A stretch of DNA of 64,000 nt, taken from a virus. Position numbers and translations under genes: made by a program. Of this stretch, positions 48,360-59,290 are shown piece by piece (positions within the stretch are counted from its first letter, which is position 1; each line of letters opens with the position of its first letter). The notes under the pieces were generated by a model that had not been told where the DNA came from, made no database searches, and saw only the letters and a program-made list of their open reading frames with translations. The DNA lies in the IMG/VR virus record IMGVR_UViG_3300027419_000023; one strand, given 5' to 3'.

Positions 48360-48920
48360 TTACTCTCGTAATATCTCCTTTTTAATTATTTGGAACGGCG
48401 GAGCACAACCAGCATTGAATTTGCATGCAATTTCTAATGCTATCCTGACACGAGTTTCTGGTTCCATACTGAAATTTCGCGTGGCTTCTAAAGCACCTAA
48501 CGCATAATCACTGCCGGAACCGATAGCAGTGAAATCCCTATATTCCACGATAGAATAATCACATTCTACTGTATAAAAATTATTATTGTACAATATTAGT
48601 AGGGCTGACTTATCCATACTGGATGTACTGTCCTCTTCGACAAAGGAAGTCTTAGCTTCCTCTAAACATTCCCGAATCGAGTTGACAAAATCGCTCTGCA
48701 AGTACTGGATGTCAGATTTCATACCGGGATGATACGGCACTTCAAACGAGGAATTAATAACATCGTGTATTCTACAGGAACCACAAAACCCAATAGAGAC
48801 ATTTTCGAGTTCGATTATCTTGTTCGGACAGGAATTAAAAATATAGTTCCCGGATAAAATTCTTGAATCGGACCCCAATACGATTTGATTGTCATCTTTT
48901 AATCCGATGATGCAAGTTAT
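48360..48920 (-). CDS. Ntn-hydrolase peptidase (HslV / proteasome beta-like), ATA start inferred
   Basis: (M)TCIIG...GSDSR...K, AIGSG..YALGAL; GGAGGT 6 nt upstream of ATA at 48920. Confidence 0.8.
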   Translation of the reverse strand: MTCIIGLKDDNQIVLGSDSRILSGNYIFNSCPNKIIELENVSIGFCGSCRIHDVINSSFEVPYHPGMKSDIQYLQSDFVNSIRECLEEAKTSFVEEDSTSSMDKSALLILYNNNFYTVECDYSIVEYRDFTAIGSGSDYALGALEATRNFSMEPETRVRIALEIACKFNAGCAPPFQIIKKEILRE

Positions 48921-48934
48921 TTAGATACCTCCAA

Positions 48935-49219
48935 TTATTTTGTTAAACTCTCAATACGTTCCCACATATCTTTGTGAAAATATAATGACCTGGTAGATTT
49001 ATTACTATTAGCTTTGTTACGTCCACGAGTTTCGTCATGAACAATAATGAGGTCATTTCCGATTTTTCTGAGAAGAACACTTACCCGGCCACTATTATAT
49101 CTAGTTGTATTATAAATCTCTGTAAATGATATGCCTGGGAATCTTTTGATTAAATTCAATATATCGTCCTCAGTTCGGACAAGTTTATTCCTTCTATAAT
49201 ATTCATAACTATGTTTCAT
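48935..49219 (-). CDS. Winged-helix DNA-binding protein
   Basis: IL.LI...PGISF.EI...SG.V...L.. Confidence 0.6.
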   Translation of the reverse strand: MKHSYEYYRRNKLVRTEDDILNLIKRFPGISFTEIYNTTRYNSGRVSVLLRKIGNDLIIVHDETRGRNKANSNKSTRSLYFHKDMWERIESLTK

Positions 49220-49503
49220 AACCGGTAACTCCGTGGTAGAATTTTATTGTCATGATTTAAAGTTTTCTCTTCAAACCATCTACCAATATTTCCGCAAGTA
49301 TTTTTATCATCTCGATAATATCTCAATGCATATGGCGATTTTATAAAATTAAACTTACCTGTCACTAGGTTAATAGGTGCTAGATTATTACTATGCCAAC
49401 ATTGATGTTGTCTATTAATTTCTCCATGATTAGGTGCACTTGGATCGAATTTGTAATACTTGCAATCACAACAATATCTCTTTATCATACCAAATCTCCT
49501 CAC
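49216..49503 (-). CDS. Cys-rich hypothetical protein
   Basis: C.DCKYY...C...CG..G.WFE. Confidence 0.5.
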   Translation of the reverse strand: MRRFGMIKRYCCDCKYYKFDPSAPNHGEINRQHQCWHSNNLAPINLVTGKFNFIKSPYALRYYRDDKNTCGNIGRWFEEKTLNHDNKILPRSYRL

Positions 49504-52016
49504 TGAAATGCAAATAGTCCTGTCTTCTTTGGTAATACTACTTTTTGTTTTTCAGTATTTAATACTTTTGGTACGCTTTCGAATCCGAAGAGACTGCTCT
49601 CCGTAAGTTTCCTTTTGCCAGTCGCTATATTTATGCCTATAGCCGAGAACACTCTTTCAAGGGGTGGCAACAATTGATGCTCTATATAGAAACTAGTATC
49701 AATACGACCGTCTGTCTCCTTAATATGCTCTAAGGTATCAACCATGAGACTAATGCCATCCTTAGATGCACCAGGTAAAGCCATATATCGAATACGATCA
49801 CCTAGTCCGGGTAGATTCTCACCACGTTCTCTCATTTTCTTATAACAAGTTACATGAGGTTGGATATTCTTGTAGCCTTCTATATTGCCGATCTTACGGC
49901 TAAGAACAAGTTTTTCTGCTAGTTCTGGATTAACTCTAATATCCTGTAGGGTTTTAACGGATAATATAACCTCATTGGTATATTTCCAGGCTTCGTCTAC
50001 TTTACCTTCGCATAGGATTAAATGAAGTACCTTATCCATGCTTTCGCCGACTAATGAAACCCAATCCCTCCTGCGTGTTTCGATGCCCCTGTACTTAATC
50101 TTGTCTTTCCAACCATCTTTTCCTTGTTCGAATATCCACATGGCATAGCGTTTTTTCTCAAAGATAATAGCACGTTTCGCAAAACACTCGAAATCGATTT
50201 CCATGGGCGGAGGCAATTTCGTTAGCATACTGTCATGGATGATTTTAGCGCACTTTTTACTCTCATCTGGGTCTGTTACTTTATTTAACCGGATAAACAC
50301 AGAATCTGTATCCCCGCCAACTACATGACAATCTACTAGTTCTTCCGCCGTTTTTCTAGTCAACTGAATCGCCATACGACCTACAGAAGTCACTGAATTA
50401 GCAAGTCTTGGATCGTAAAGCCTACCCCGAATAGCCCCGGTGTAGCCGTAAAACGAATTTAACAAAATTTTCACACTGTATTGTTGATTATCGTAGAATT
50501 CTCTCTCATTTTTGTCACTACACGACTTCATTAGTTTTTTTAATTCTACTCTTTTGTTGTATAGGTTAGTCAGAATCCTTGGCATTATACCTTCGTACAC
50601 GGAATGATCGGTATATCGTACTTCATTAGGAGCAGTTATTGTTTTGACATCTGTTTCTTCCTCATTTATGATAGACGACCAGCATATATTATAAGCTCGA
50701 ATAGCTGATGGATAAAGACTTTTATAGTCCATGATAATTAGGTTTTCGTGTAGCCCGCGCTCCGAATCAAGCACTTTACCTCCTGTTACTTTCTCGACTT
50801 TTTTGTCTTTGTCGTTGAGAGGCCATAGTCTTCCTTCCTTATAGAATTCTCGAAGTAACATTGACTCTATACGGCGAGACTGACCACCATTGATTGTCTC
50901 ATGAAGTAATAAGCCACAGTCTTTACTAATATTGATGTAACGGTCTATTAGTTTAAGTTCCTTTATGATGTCTTGGAGTAGGTCAGCATCTCGTCCCGCA
51001 TAATCAAGAAAGGACCGTAACTTACTTTCGGATCCGTTTAACCATATTTCACGCATTTCACTGGCTTTAATGTCTAGTTTTGGTCTGTTAAGTAATGTTT
51101 TGGAAACATTTTCCAAGCTATATGAAGTCAACGAATAATTTAGTTTAATTGCATTTAATAAGTCTATGTAAGCCCGACCTACCATATTAACTTCTTTACT
51201 TGCACCAAACGCTCTTATCTGGAATGGAGTTCCATCTCGGCCTAAATCATTAGGAATACCTAATATTTCTAGTCTCTTCTCAATATACGGAAAATCGAAT
51301 GTATCACCATTAAAAGCCATTACGATATCTGGATCATATTCTTTGAATATGTCCATAAAGGTTGATAACATCCAGAATTCATCAGGGAAATATTTGATGT
51401 TTTCGGTGTCTTGTCCTGGCTTAGCAACTAACACAAGGGTATTTCCAGTGTTGAAACTTATCGAAATTATGGTTATAGGATCTCTTTCCGGTATAGGCAC
51501 TCCAAATTCGGGAGGCAGTACTTCAATATCCAAGCCAAGAAATCGTAACGGAGCATTTTCCAGGATATTATGTAAGGGCTTCACGTTATTGCTATCAGCT
51601 TCGAGCCACTTCATGCCCCATAAGTCATTATCAGTCAGGAACCGAGCTGTAGCATATAGCACGTCAGCTTCGAAAATATCAACTATAGCTGGATGCCTTC
51701 TTAAGGAGTCTCGGATCTTCGGGACATCACTAGGTCTATTGACATAGACTTGCAGGACTTCTGTTCGTTCCTTTTGAAAACCAATTGGTAGAAATTTATA
51801 GTCCTCGAATACATCAGTAACTTCAGGAAGTTCCGACAGCATTTGCTTGACTTCGCTAGAGTTTCTTGGTAAAATATAAAAGTATGGCCTGAATCCAAGG
51901 ATGTCATGCTGAATAGAATTACCAGACTTATCGCGACCATATAAAGTAATCACCGGACCACGGCCACTATTCCTATATTTAGTGGATATTAATTGAAATT
52001 GCATGAGATTCTCCAA
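49500..52016 (-). CDS. polB: Family B DNA polymerase
   Basis: Exo DIE, FNG..FD, Y...D; Pol DYKSLYPS, K...NS.YG, GDTDS, KKRY. Confidence 0.96.
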   Translation of the reverse strand: MENLMQFQLISTKYRNSGRGPVITLYGRDKSGNSIQHDILGFRPYFYILPRNSSEVKQMLSELPEVTDVFEDYKFLPIGFQKERTEVLQVYVNRPSDVPKIRDSLRRHPAIVDIFEADVLYATARFLTDNDLWGMKWLEADSNNVKPLHNILENAPLRFLGLDIEVLPPEFGVPIPERDPITIISISFNTGNTLVLVAKPGQDTENIKYFPDEFWMLSTFMDIFKEYDPDIVMAFNGDTFDFPYIEKRLEILGIPNDLGRDGTPFQIRAFGASKEVNMVGRAYIDLLNAIKLNYSLTSYSLENVSKTLLNRPKLDIKASEMREIWLNGSESKLRSFLDYAGRDADLLQDIIKELKLIDRYINISKDCGLLLHETINGGQSRRIESMLLREFYKEGRLWPLNDKDKKVEKVTGGKVLDSERGLHENLIIMDYKSLYPSAIRAYNICWSSIINEEETDVKTITAPNEVRYTDHSVYEGIMPRILTNLYNKRVELKKLMKSCSDKNEREFYDNQQYSVKILLNSFYGYTGAIRGRLYDPRLANSVTSVGRMAIQLTRKTAEELVDCHVVGGDTDSVFIRLNKVTDPDESKKCAKIIHDSMLTKLPPPMEIDFECFAKRAIIFEKKRYAMWIFEQGKDGWKDKIKYRGIETRRRDWVSLVGESMDKVLHLILCEGKVDEAWKYTNEVILSVKTLQDIRVNPELAEKLVLSRKIGNIEGYKNIQPHVTCYKKMRERGENLPGLGDRIRYMALPGASKDGISLMVDTLEHIKETDGRIDTSFYIEHQLLPPLERVFSAIGINIATGKRKLTESSLFGFESVPKVLNTEKQKVVLPKKTGLFAFQ

Positions 52017-52022
52017 TGGTAA

Positions 52023-52608
52023 TTAATATATGGCAACTAGTGTATTATTTTCGTCTCTTCTAAAATGATTACTATTCTTGACAATTTTATAATATTCTTT
52101 TGGTGTTAGCTCACTGAATCTTGGTGCAGCCTTAATAGCTTTGTCCCTAGCAACAAACTCATCAATGAAAAGTAACCTCAAGGTATTTAAAATATCTGGC
52201 ACCTCATCAATATTTTGGTCTCGTAATTCCTGGTACAATATGCATGGTTCTGTGCAGTTATCGCAGTTACAAGTTGTTAAGTCCGGACAATCTTGAATAA
52301 GCTCAATTATTATTGAATCGAAACGACTATTATTAATATGGAACAAATATATGCCTCCTAAAAAGTTAATAGGGTGTTAGTTTGGTTACTATGTTGTTAC
52401 TATGTTGTGGCAGCTATAATTTCCTTGGTTCAATTGCTTCTATGGAATGAGTTTCCAAGACGTCAATTACTTCGAAGTCAGCTGGTTTGACTGACGTTCG
52501 TACTATATCATTTGCGTCTTCTTCACTGATTGCATCCACAAGAACGGTAGCAGTTGAAACAGTCGTGGCAACAACCACGACCTCATAAGTCTTTAATTTT
52601 TCTGACAT
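52023..52608 (-). CDS. Hypothetical ORFs (52023-52346, 52414-52608)
   Basis: GGAGG RBSs. Confidence 0.5.
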
Positions 52609-52808
52609 GGTTTTTGATTTCCTCCATAAGATATAATAATACCGGCTTTTATGGCACCTATAGTAGATTTATTGGCTGATGTTTTTAGTAAATTTTCTAA
52701 CGCTTGTTCTTTGTTTTCAGGCAAATTCTTAAAGAACATTTCGATTTTTGACCGGGAAACTCCCCTTCTTCCACATAGTTTCGTTATCTGGCTTTTTGTT
52801 ATAGTTAT
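52593..52808 (-). CDS. Small basic protein, ATA start inferred
   Basis: GGAGG 7 nt before ATA-ACT; 71-codon frame (M)TITKSQITKLCGRRGVSRSKIE... Confidence 0.45.
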   Translation of the reverse strand: MTITKSQITKLCGRRGVSRSKIEMFFKNLPENKEQALENLLKTSANKSTIGAIKAGIIISYGGNQKPCQKN

Positions 52809-52840
52809 GTTGATTCCTCCTGCGAATAATATAAAAATAA

Positions 52841-53164
52841 TTAGATTTTCTCTATTCTATATGCGTTCTCATATAGACTAAGGAACGGCATTCGTATTCC
52901 AAAAGTCCATATTTTGTAAGTCTGTCCTACTTCAAGTGAGGCATATCGATTAGCTGAAGAAAAGTCCATATGCCACAAGGTATCCTGAATGGAATATACG
53001 TTACCGTTTATGTCACTGAATAGATAAAGTCCACGATCGTTTACTACTTTAGACCACTTTTCTTTTACTGTTATGGTCATAGGACCTTGGTCTGTTGGCA
53101 TAGATGATGCTATTCCAATCGAACATAAGGACAAGACAATTACTATCGCAAATATTTTGTTCAT
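52841..53164 (-). CDS. Secreted/membrane-anchored phage protein
   Basis: Signal peptide; G.R.PFLS.Y.N C-terminal motif. Confidence 0.6.
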   Translation of the reverse strand: MNKIFAIVIVLSLCSIGIASSMPTDQGPMTITVKEKWSKVVNDRGLYLFSDINGNVYSIQDTLWHMDFSSANRYASLEVGQTYKIWTFGIRMPFLSLYENAYRIEKI

Positions 53165-53216
53165 TTCAATCCTCCTCTAAGTTATTCTTTACTTTTATTG
53201 TATTTATAAGTTTTGG

Positions 53217-53498
53217 CTACTTTATCTTCAGCACATTCCCGGTGTCTCTATCGTCCCAATCATCAAGGAACTCCACGAAACAACCTGGAGCCAACTGGAC
53301 CCTATCAATGATATTTGGCTGTTTTGTCAATATTCCTCCAATTTTTGTGAATACGTGAACGAGTTGACTAGGTTTTTCCGTTATGATCCTATACGAATCG
53401 CCTTCCAAGCAACCACCTGGAATTGGCTTGCCGCACTTACTACACGTAGTTGGCAACGGGTTTCCAAAGAACCTACCGCAATCGCATTTATAGCCCAT
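53217..53498 (-). CDS. Zn-ribbon protein
   Basis: CDCG...CSKCG; GGAGG RBS. Confidence 0.5.
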   Translation of the reverse strand: MGYKCDCGRFFGNPLPTTCSKCGKPIPGGCLEGDSYRIITEKPSQLVHVFTKIGGILTKQPNIIDRVQLAPGCFVEFLDDWDDRDTGNVLKIK

Positions 53499-53944
53499 GT
53501 TATACCTCCATAGAGTTTATTAGTATCCCTATTCCAAGGACAATCAACACTCCAATATGACAAATCCTATGAACAATATGACCAAACTTAGAAGAAATAG
53601 TAAACCCCCGATTAATATTCCAAAAAACGAGCTATCGTTATCATCGGAATAAATACCAAGTATCATCAATACAAACGAGAATGGCAACGTTAATAACCCG
53701 ACTACTTGTAAGTCATTCATATCAAATCACCAAGTAACTAATAGTTAGCTAAGTATTAATAGTTTTTGGTTGTTCAGTCTTTCCTGAGCCATGTAGGTTT
53801 ATTGTTCTTGACTTCTTGTTCAGTTAGCCAGCCTTTGCTGTGACATTCCGGACAATCTAACCAGCAGCCATAGTTTTCTGGTCCGGTTACAAAGAAACCT
53901 TGTCCATCGCAAATGAAGCACTTAATTGCTTTCATTACCGCAAT

Positions 53945-54160
53945 TTAACGCAACTGCATCCATACGCATGTATCAACATCAACGTTGCAATAAACATAAA
54001 TAGTATTATTTTTAATTTCGAAACTAGATATTTTACCCGTTTTCACCATTTCACTTAACTTTTCAGAAATTACGATATTTAAACATCCATGTTCTAATAT
54101 ACTAGCTAGTTTACAAACTTCTTCAAGCCTGTCATTAAGTTCATTAACTATATTAGTCAT
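53945..54160 (-). CDS. Hypothetical protein
   Basis: GGAGTG RBS; coupled to the helicase. Confidence 0.45.
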   Translation of the reverse strand: MTNIVNELNDRLEEVCKLASILEHGCLNIVISEKLSEMVKTGKISSFEIKNNTIYVYCNVDVDTCVWMQLR

Positions 54161-55765
54161 TCAATCACTCCTAATAGCTTCGAGAAACCACGGCATAAAT
54201 AGTCCACGGTATCTATTGACAAATGGTCCAAAGCTCTGATCAAGTATCCATGTTTCCGAGAAGTCGTCTGGTCCTCTAGTCGTCCTTCCACAGGCTTGCT
54301 GTAGCAGCATTGCAGTTGTAATATTATACCATTGCTGGTTGTCCAATTTATTGCGGGCTTTTATCCAAGCATCTCCAAGATGTGGAAACGGCACCTTCGC
54401 TATGATATTCATGGGATATTCGGGACCGTCCAACGAAATTCCTTCCTCGTAACGTACCGAAAGAAATATCGAGTCATCCTTCTTTTGCCACGACAACAGT
54501 GCCTTTTCTCTATAATCTCGTTCTTGTAGTAAGATATTATTATGGAGCTTATATAAGTTGTCGTATAGTAAATTGGCAACTACGTAGCTGCCGCAATGAA
54601 CGATAGTTTTCATACTATATGTATCATGAAGTTGCTTAATGCGAATAGCCATTTGTTTGGCTGTATGCTCTCTACTAGCATAGTTCATTGATCCAACGGG
54701 ATCATAATGTATGAGGCGTCTGGAAACATCTATTGGATGAGGAATCATTACGGACTTATATTGCGAGGTAACCATGCTGGTGGTAGGTGTTCCACTGGCC
54801 AGTACTACGCAATCAAGTTTAGCAACTAGATCTCCGAATACCACATGAGAATCCAGTAACTTAAAGTACGGTACCGGTAGTAACTCTTTCCGTCTCATTC
54901 CAGCATTCCAGACTTCTTCAATGTCCGAAGTCAATACGTATGGAACACCTGCCTTGATATAACGGAGTGCATTTGCACAAGCTGTTTCTTGTCTATGATA
55001 CTTATTATACTCGTGTTGGATGGCTTTAAGCCTCTTGATTTCGGGTGAAGTTGGTTTATTTTTAAATATCTGAGATCTATAATCGGTGCACTGTTTACCG
55101 AGATCCTTTACTATTTGCTGTAATTTATCATACTGACTTTCTAAGTGTGGTTTAACATCGAAAGTTTCCAGAAATTTCTGCAAGTTATTTGATTTATCAT
55201 ATATTTTAGATTTCTTGGTAATGTCTTTCAAGTTTAGATTCAATTCGATAGTTGCTTTATCCAGTAGAATACCCTCTAATTCCGAGGATTCATCCACGAA
55301 AAGTACAGAACACTCCGAATAAATTGATGGATCCGCAAGATACCTATGGAAGGTTGCTGCTCCGAAATCAAACTCTTTAAATGCTTTTTTGGCTGCCCTA
55401 TACGAACAATTCTCGCATACGGCGAAACCTTCTTCTTTGCTCGTGAATGGACACTCTTCGGCAGTGCAATCTACTATTCCGAGACACGGATAATTCCGCT
55501 TCCCTACAAGTTTCGGCAAGTCGAACAGGTTACCTGATTCAATTAGGGCTACCTGCGGCGAAGTGTAAACAACCTTGGCTAAATTATGCTCCTTTTCTAG
55601 GATTTTGCCTAAGACATACAAGTCAACCGATTTACCGCTGGCTGTTGGAGCGTTCAACTCAATTACTTTTTGTCCGCCTTCCCAGAGCTTTAGCATGCTT
55701 GTTATAGCATGTTCTTGACCTTGCCGAAACTTTCCGTATGGATTGTACTTCTGAAGGTTTGACAT
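54161..55765 (-). CDS. DinG/XPD-family SF2 helicase
   Basis: Q motif R.GQ, APTASGKS, Fe-S-type Cys cluster, VDE, SGT, EGI, Q..GR..R...D. Confidence 0.88.
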   Translation of the reverse strand: MSNLQKYNPYGKFRQGQEHAITSMLKLWEGGQKVIELNAPTASGKSVDLYVLGKILEKEHNLAKVVYTSPQVALIESGNLFDLPKLVGKRNYPCLGIVDCTAEECPFTSKEEGFAVCENCSYRAAKKAFKEFDFGAATFHRYLADPSIYSECSVLFVDESSELEGILLDKATIELNLNLKDITKKSKIYDKSNNLQKFLETFDVKPHLESQYDKLQQIVKDLGKQCTDYRSQIFKNKPTSPEIKRLKAIQHEYNKYHRQETACANALRYIKAGVPYVLTSDIEEVWNAGMRRKELLPVPYFKLLDSHVVFGDLVAKLDCVVLASGTPTTSMVTSQYKSVMIPHPIDVSRRLIHYDPVGSMNYASREHTAKQMAIRIKQLHDTYSMKTIVHCGSYVVANLLYDNLYKLHNNILLQERDYREKALLSWQKKDDSIFLSVRYEEGISLDGPEYPMNIIAKVPFPHLGDAWIKARNKLDNQQWYNITTAMLLQQACGRTTRGPDDFSETWILDQSFGPFVNRYRGLFMPWFLEAIRSD

Positions 55766-55898
55766 GATTAGTATCCTTCAGTGATTTGGTAGGCTGTATT
55801 CACTACATCGATGTCAGCCATCATCATGACGTACTCTTTTGAATATTGATATGTTTCAATGAGATCTCTTCTCCACCAGGAAACATCCTTAGCCATAT

Positions 55899-56177
55899 TT
55901 AATCCTCTCCGTTTATTTTAAATTTCACCCATATGAAACTATCCTGGGAACTACCAGATTTTGCTCCTCCAACAAACTTATGATAATGGTTACCTGAATC
56001 CAATACGGTTATATCCGGAAATTCCTCTCGGATAAAGTCCGCAACTACTTCGGTTGTCATTCCTATACCATAGAAATAGGAGTGCCATGCAGTTATCGTT
56101 CCGTTCTTATGAAACTTGAAGCCGTCTATTCCAACGATACCATTCTTCATAATGGATTTAGATGCTTTGGATGTCAC
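55899..56177 (-). CDS. Hypothetical protein
   Basis: Own promoter/leader cassette 56178-56232. Confidence 0.55.
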   Translation of the reverse strand: MTSKASKSIMKNGIVGIDGFKFHKNGTITAWHSYFYGIGMTTEVVADFIREEFPDITVLDSGNHYHKFVGGAKSGSSQDSFIWVKFKINGED

Positions 56178-56235
56178 TTAATTCACCTTCAAGTAGTAAT
56201 AGTGCTTTTGAGAATAAATAGTTTTTGGTTGGAAG

Positions 56236-56700
56236 TCAATACAATAAACCATATTTTAATTTAAAATTTCTAACAATACTAACAGCTTCATTTACTAGTC
56301 TCTCATAATTAACATTACAACAATGTCTTAAACATGTAGTACTTCGATTAATTCTAGGCAATTTACAACAATGATTCGTTATGTCAAAAAACCCGTACTT
56401 TTTATCAAATAAATAAGCTTTCTTTAGTTCTAGTAATTTGTTTGGATGTTCTTCTATCTGGCATTCATTGAAGAATCCGTTATATTTAGAACATTCTGTA
56501 CAACATCCAGATTCTAGCGTTCTATGCTTCTGCTTATTGCCAAGTTCTTTATTATATCTTTCTACATCCGGACAATTCGAACATACTGTTTTATTAAATT
56601 CTCTAAATACTAAATCTATAACTTCAAGAGATAACTCTACTAACTTCTGATCTTCAATTGATATAGCTTTTGTCATTCGTAATTCAGTTAATTCGTCCAT
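56236..56700 (-). CDS. Cys-rich (possible Fe-S/Zn) protein
   Basis: C..C, GCC..C, CC.L....S..C...C. Confidence 0.55.
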   Translation of the reverse strand: MDELTELRMTKAISIEDQKLVELSLEVIDLVFREFNKTVCSNCPDVERYNKELGNKQKHRTLESGCCTECSKYNGFFNECQIEEHPNKLLELKKAYLFDKKYGFFDITNHCCKLPRINRSTTCLRHCCNVNYERLVNEAVSIVRNFKLKYGLLY

Positions 56701-56783
56701 ACGTTTATCTCCAAGTACTAATAGCATCTCTAAGAATAAATAGTTTACGGTCCGAAAAATTTAATAAAAAAGGATAAAAAATA

Positions 56784-57164
56784 CTAGAGGTCCTCTAGCA
56801 TCTTGGTAAGTTCCTCTTCGGATTTGCTCGCTAAAGCACCTTCTTGCTTTTCTGCTAGTATGGCAAGGATTTTCTGACGCTTTGCTATCTTTTCGGCTTC
56901 CATCTGTCTTGCTGCAGCTTCAGCGAGTTTAACTTCAACTATGTACCGAACGATAGCCACCTGAAGGTCGAGCTCGGTATTCTCACTACTCTTTGAGCCA
57001 AGTAGACTCTCTTCCTTGCAAACCTTCAGTTTGGCATTTAGGACCTTAAAGATTCTATCAAGTTCCTGGACTGACAAGTCCCAAAGATCTTCAACTGACA
57101 GCATTCCTTTGTATGAGAACCGGAGTTTCATCCGGCTCGCTAATTCAAATATGTTTCCTACCAT
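56784..57164 (-). CDS. Conserved phage coiled-coil protein
   Basis: IFE.A.R.KLRF...G.LSVEDLWDL motif. Confidence 0.65.
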   Translation of the reverse strand: MVGNIFELASRMKLRFSYKGMLSVEDLWDLSVQELDRIFKVLNAKLKVCKEESLLGSKSSENTELDLQVAIVRYIVEVKLAEAAARQMEAEKIAKRQKILAILAEKQEGALASKSEEELTKMLEDL

Positions 57165-59216
57165 TTAGAACACCACTTTTACGATTCTATTTACGTGGCC
57201 AGTGACCCTGACCACTAGGGAATTCCTTTGAGTCGAACTGAAGCCAAGTCCCGAAAGCTGTTCCTCGGAAGGTTCGACCCTCATCTTGCTACCCAGAGCT
57301 TCGAATACTCGCTTATGTTCTAGCAACTCGTTTTTCAAGTACTCGTTAAAGAAGCCATTAGGCTGTTCCGAGTTCTGACATCCCTTCAACATGAAGAAGA
57401 AATGCCGATTGCCGATACTATCTTGACCGTCCCAGTAATTAGGCGACATCATGACTACTGATACTAGATGGAATTGTTGGGTATCTAGATTCCAGAGTTT
57501 TCGAGATGTCAAACTGGACGGAATCTTTTCGATGATCTTGAAGCCGTCACGCCTACTATATTCAACGTCAGCTACTGGTACCTTTTCGCCTTGTCTCAGT
57601 TCCTTGTTATAGGTGAAGGAATGTATTTGTCCGTCAAACTCCACTTCAGCGGTGAAGCCAGACCTACCTCCTTTATGATTATAGTTATGGACGAATAGTT
57701 GGTAGGTACCCTCTGGTATCCGGGACAGATTGCTCCAAGTAATATTCTCTACAGCAATACCGTCCTTGGTTTGACGGGAAGGCTGCGTAATATCGACATC
57801 TAGTTCACCGGACGACACATGCATTCTCTTATGTGCGAAATATATATGGCCACCAGTTGGCTCAATGCAATGGGCATCAAAGTCGTTCTCGTTATCGTGG
57901 TTATCATTCCACTGGATGGAGAATCGCAGTGCACCACTAATATCTCCGCCAAGTGATTTAACACGTTGTTTCATGGAGTCGGTAATATTCCCGGAGTAGG
58001 CCCAAGAAAATCCATTATTCCACTTGAACATACTTGGAGCGTTTTTGTCCTGAGGTGCAATTAGACTTACCAAATTGCTCTGATGTCGGTTCTCTAGCAA
58101 GACCTCTACGTTTTGCACGGAAGGCAACACTTCGGATACAAATTTCTCTATTGAGATCTCTTCTATTCGATCAAAGCTCTTAGGAGAGATCGCCTGTTCC
58201 TTTGCAAGCTCTCCAAAGACATTACCCTTGAGATGCTTAGCTACGTCACGGTTAGCATAGATAATGTTGTTTACAGTGATGTCGTTTAATGTAGCATGCT
58301 GCCGTCCCAACGATTCCATGAAGCCTAGTTCTTTGACGGTCTTTTCTGCGTCCTGGAGCATCTTGGCCGTGAATATAGCTTTTGGCCTCTTGTAGTTACT
58401 TGGAGCGACTATAGCTTCGTACTTCCTTACTGCTTCGTCAAGATCAATTCCCTTGGAGATATCAACTAAGAGCACTCCAATGGAATGATTACGGATCTTG
58501 CTGATGACCGGACCTGCTAGGACAGATTGTTCCCAGGCATATAGGTCTTTCTCCCTAGGAGATAACTTTGCATATGCTTTTTGATGTTTCTGGAAGCTCT
58601 CTAAGACAGTTTTCCATTCTTCGCCCTTATAGAGAGAATTCTGGGCTATTAACTCCAGCACGGAAGCCACTGCATCTTCAGAGATTTCATCCAAGGATCT
58701 CTTGAATACGTTCCTTAGATCAGAGGCTCGTCCTCGAACAGTATCCAAAGTTAATCTTCCTGAAGTCTTAAATCGGTCTGGAAGCTCCACATACATATGT
58801 TCCCAGGTTACCACTTCCCCGGACTCCAATCTCTCGAAGTCTTTTTCTGTTCCCATACAGCAAGTATCTGTCACGAAGATTCCTGAGATGGTTCGTGACT
58901 TTACATACTCGGAAAGTACCTTAACTGATGGTCCGTATTTTGGCCCAGCTTCAAAGTCCCAAACGGAAGTTACAATACCGTTCTTTATGCTTACGACATT
59001 TCCGAAGGCCTTAACAAAATGCCGGCAAGCGGAACAGTCATTCTCGGTTCTTGTCCGGTAGACCTTGTTCATGCCCTCCGGAAAATTATACAAGTAAAGA
59101 TTCCATAGGGTATCCTTATCTACGTCAACGACGAATAGAGTATTTACGTCCTTGATCATGCTATCAACATGTTTATTTAATTTCCTTTCCAAATCTGCGA
59201 AGATTTCCGTCATCAT
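57165..59216 (-). CDS. Large conserved phage protein with YfaP/DUF2135-like domain
   Basis: CSAC motif; W......D.D.H..EP.G..IY, LDVD, VENI.W. Confidence 0.65.
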   Translation of the reverse strand: MMTEIFADLERKLNKHVDSMIKDVNTLFVVDVDKDTLWNLYLYNFPEGMNKVYRTRTENDCSACRHFVKAFGNVVSIKNGIVTSVWDFEAGPKYGPSVKVLSEYVKSRTISGIFVTDTCCMGTEKDFERLESGEVVTWEHMYVELPDRFKTSGRLTLDTVRGRASDLRNVFKRSLDEISEDAVASVLELIAQNSLYKGEEWKTVLESFQKHQKAYAKLSPREKDLYAWEQSVLAGPVISKIRNHSIGVLLVDISKGIDLDEAVRKYEAIVAPSNYKRPKAIFTAKMLQDAEKTVKELGFMESLGRQHATLNDITVNNIIYANRDVAKHLKGNVFGELAKEQAISPKSFDRIEEISIEKFVSEVLPSVQNVEVLLENRHQSNLVSLIAPQDKNAPSMFKWNNGFSWAYSGNITDSMKQRVKSLGGDISGALRFSIQWNDNHDNENDFDAHCIEPTGGHIYFAHKRMHVSSGELDVDITQPSRQTKDGIAVENITWSNLSRIPEGTYQLFVHNYNHKGGRSGFTAEVEFDGQIHSFTYNKELRQGEKVPVADVEYSRRDGFKIIEKIPSSLTSRKLWNLDTQQFHLVSVVMMSPNYWDGQDSIGNRHFFFMLKGCQNSEQPNGFFNEYLKNELLEHKRVFEALGSKMRVEPSEEQLSGLGFSSTQRNSLVVRVTGHVNRIVKVVF

Positions 59217-59290
59217 ATCACTCCTTTGTACTTCTTTATACTATACTCGATGAGAATAAATAGTTTTTGGTTGAATATCAAAAACTAATT

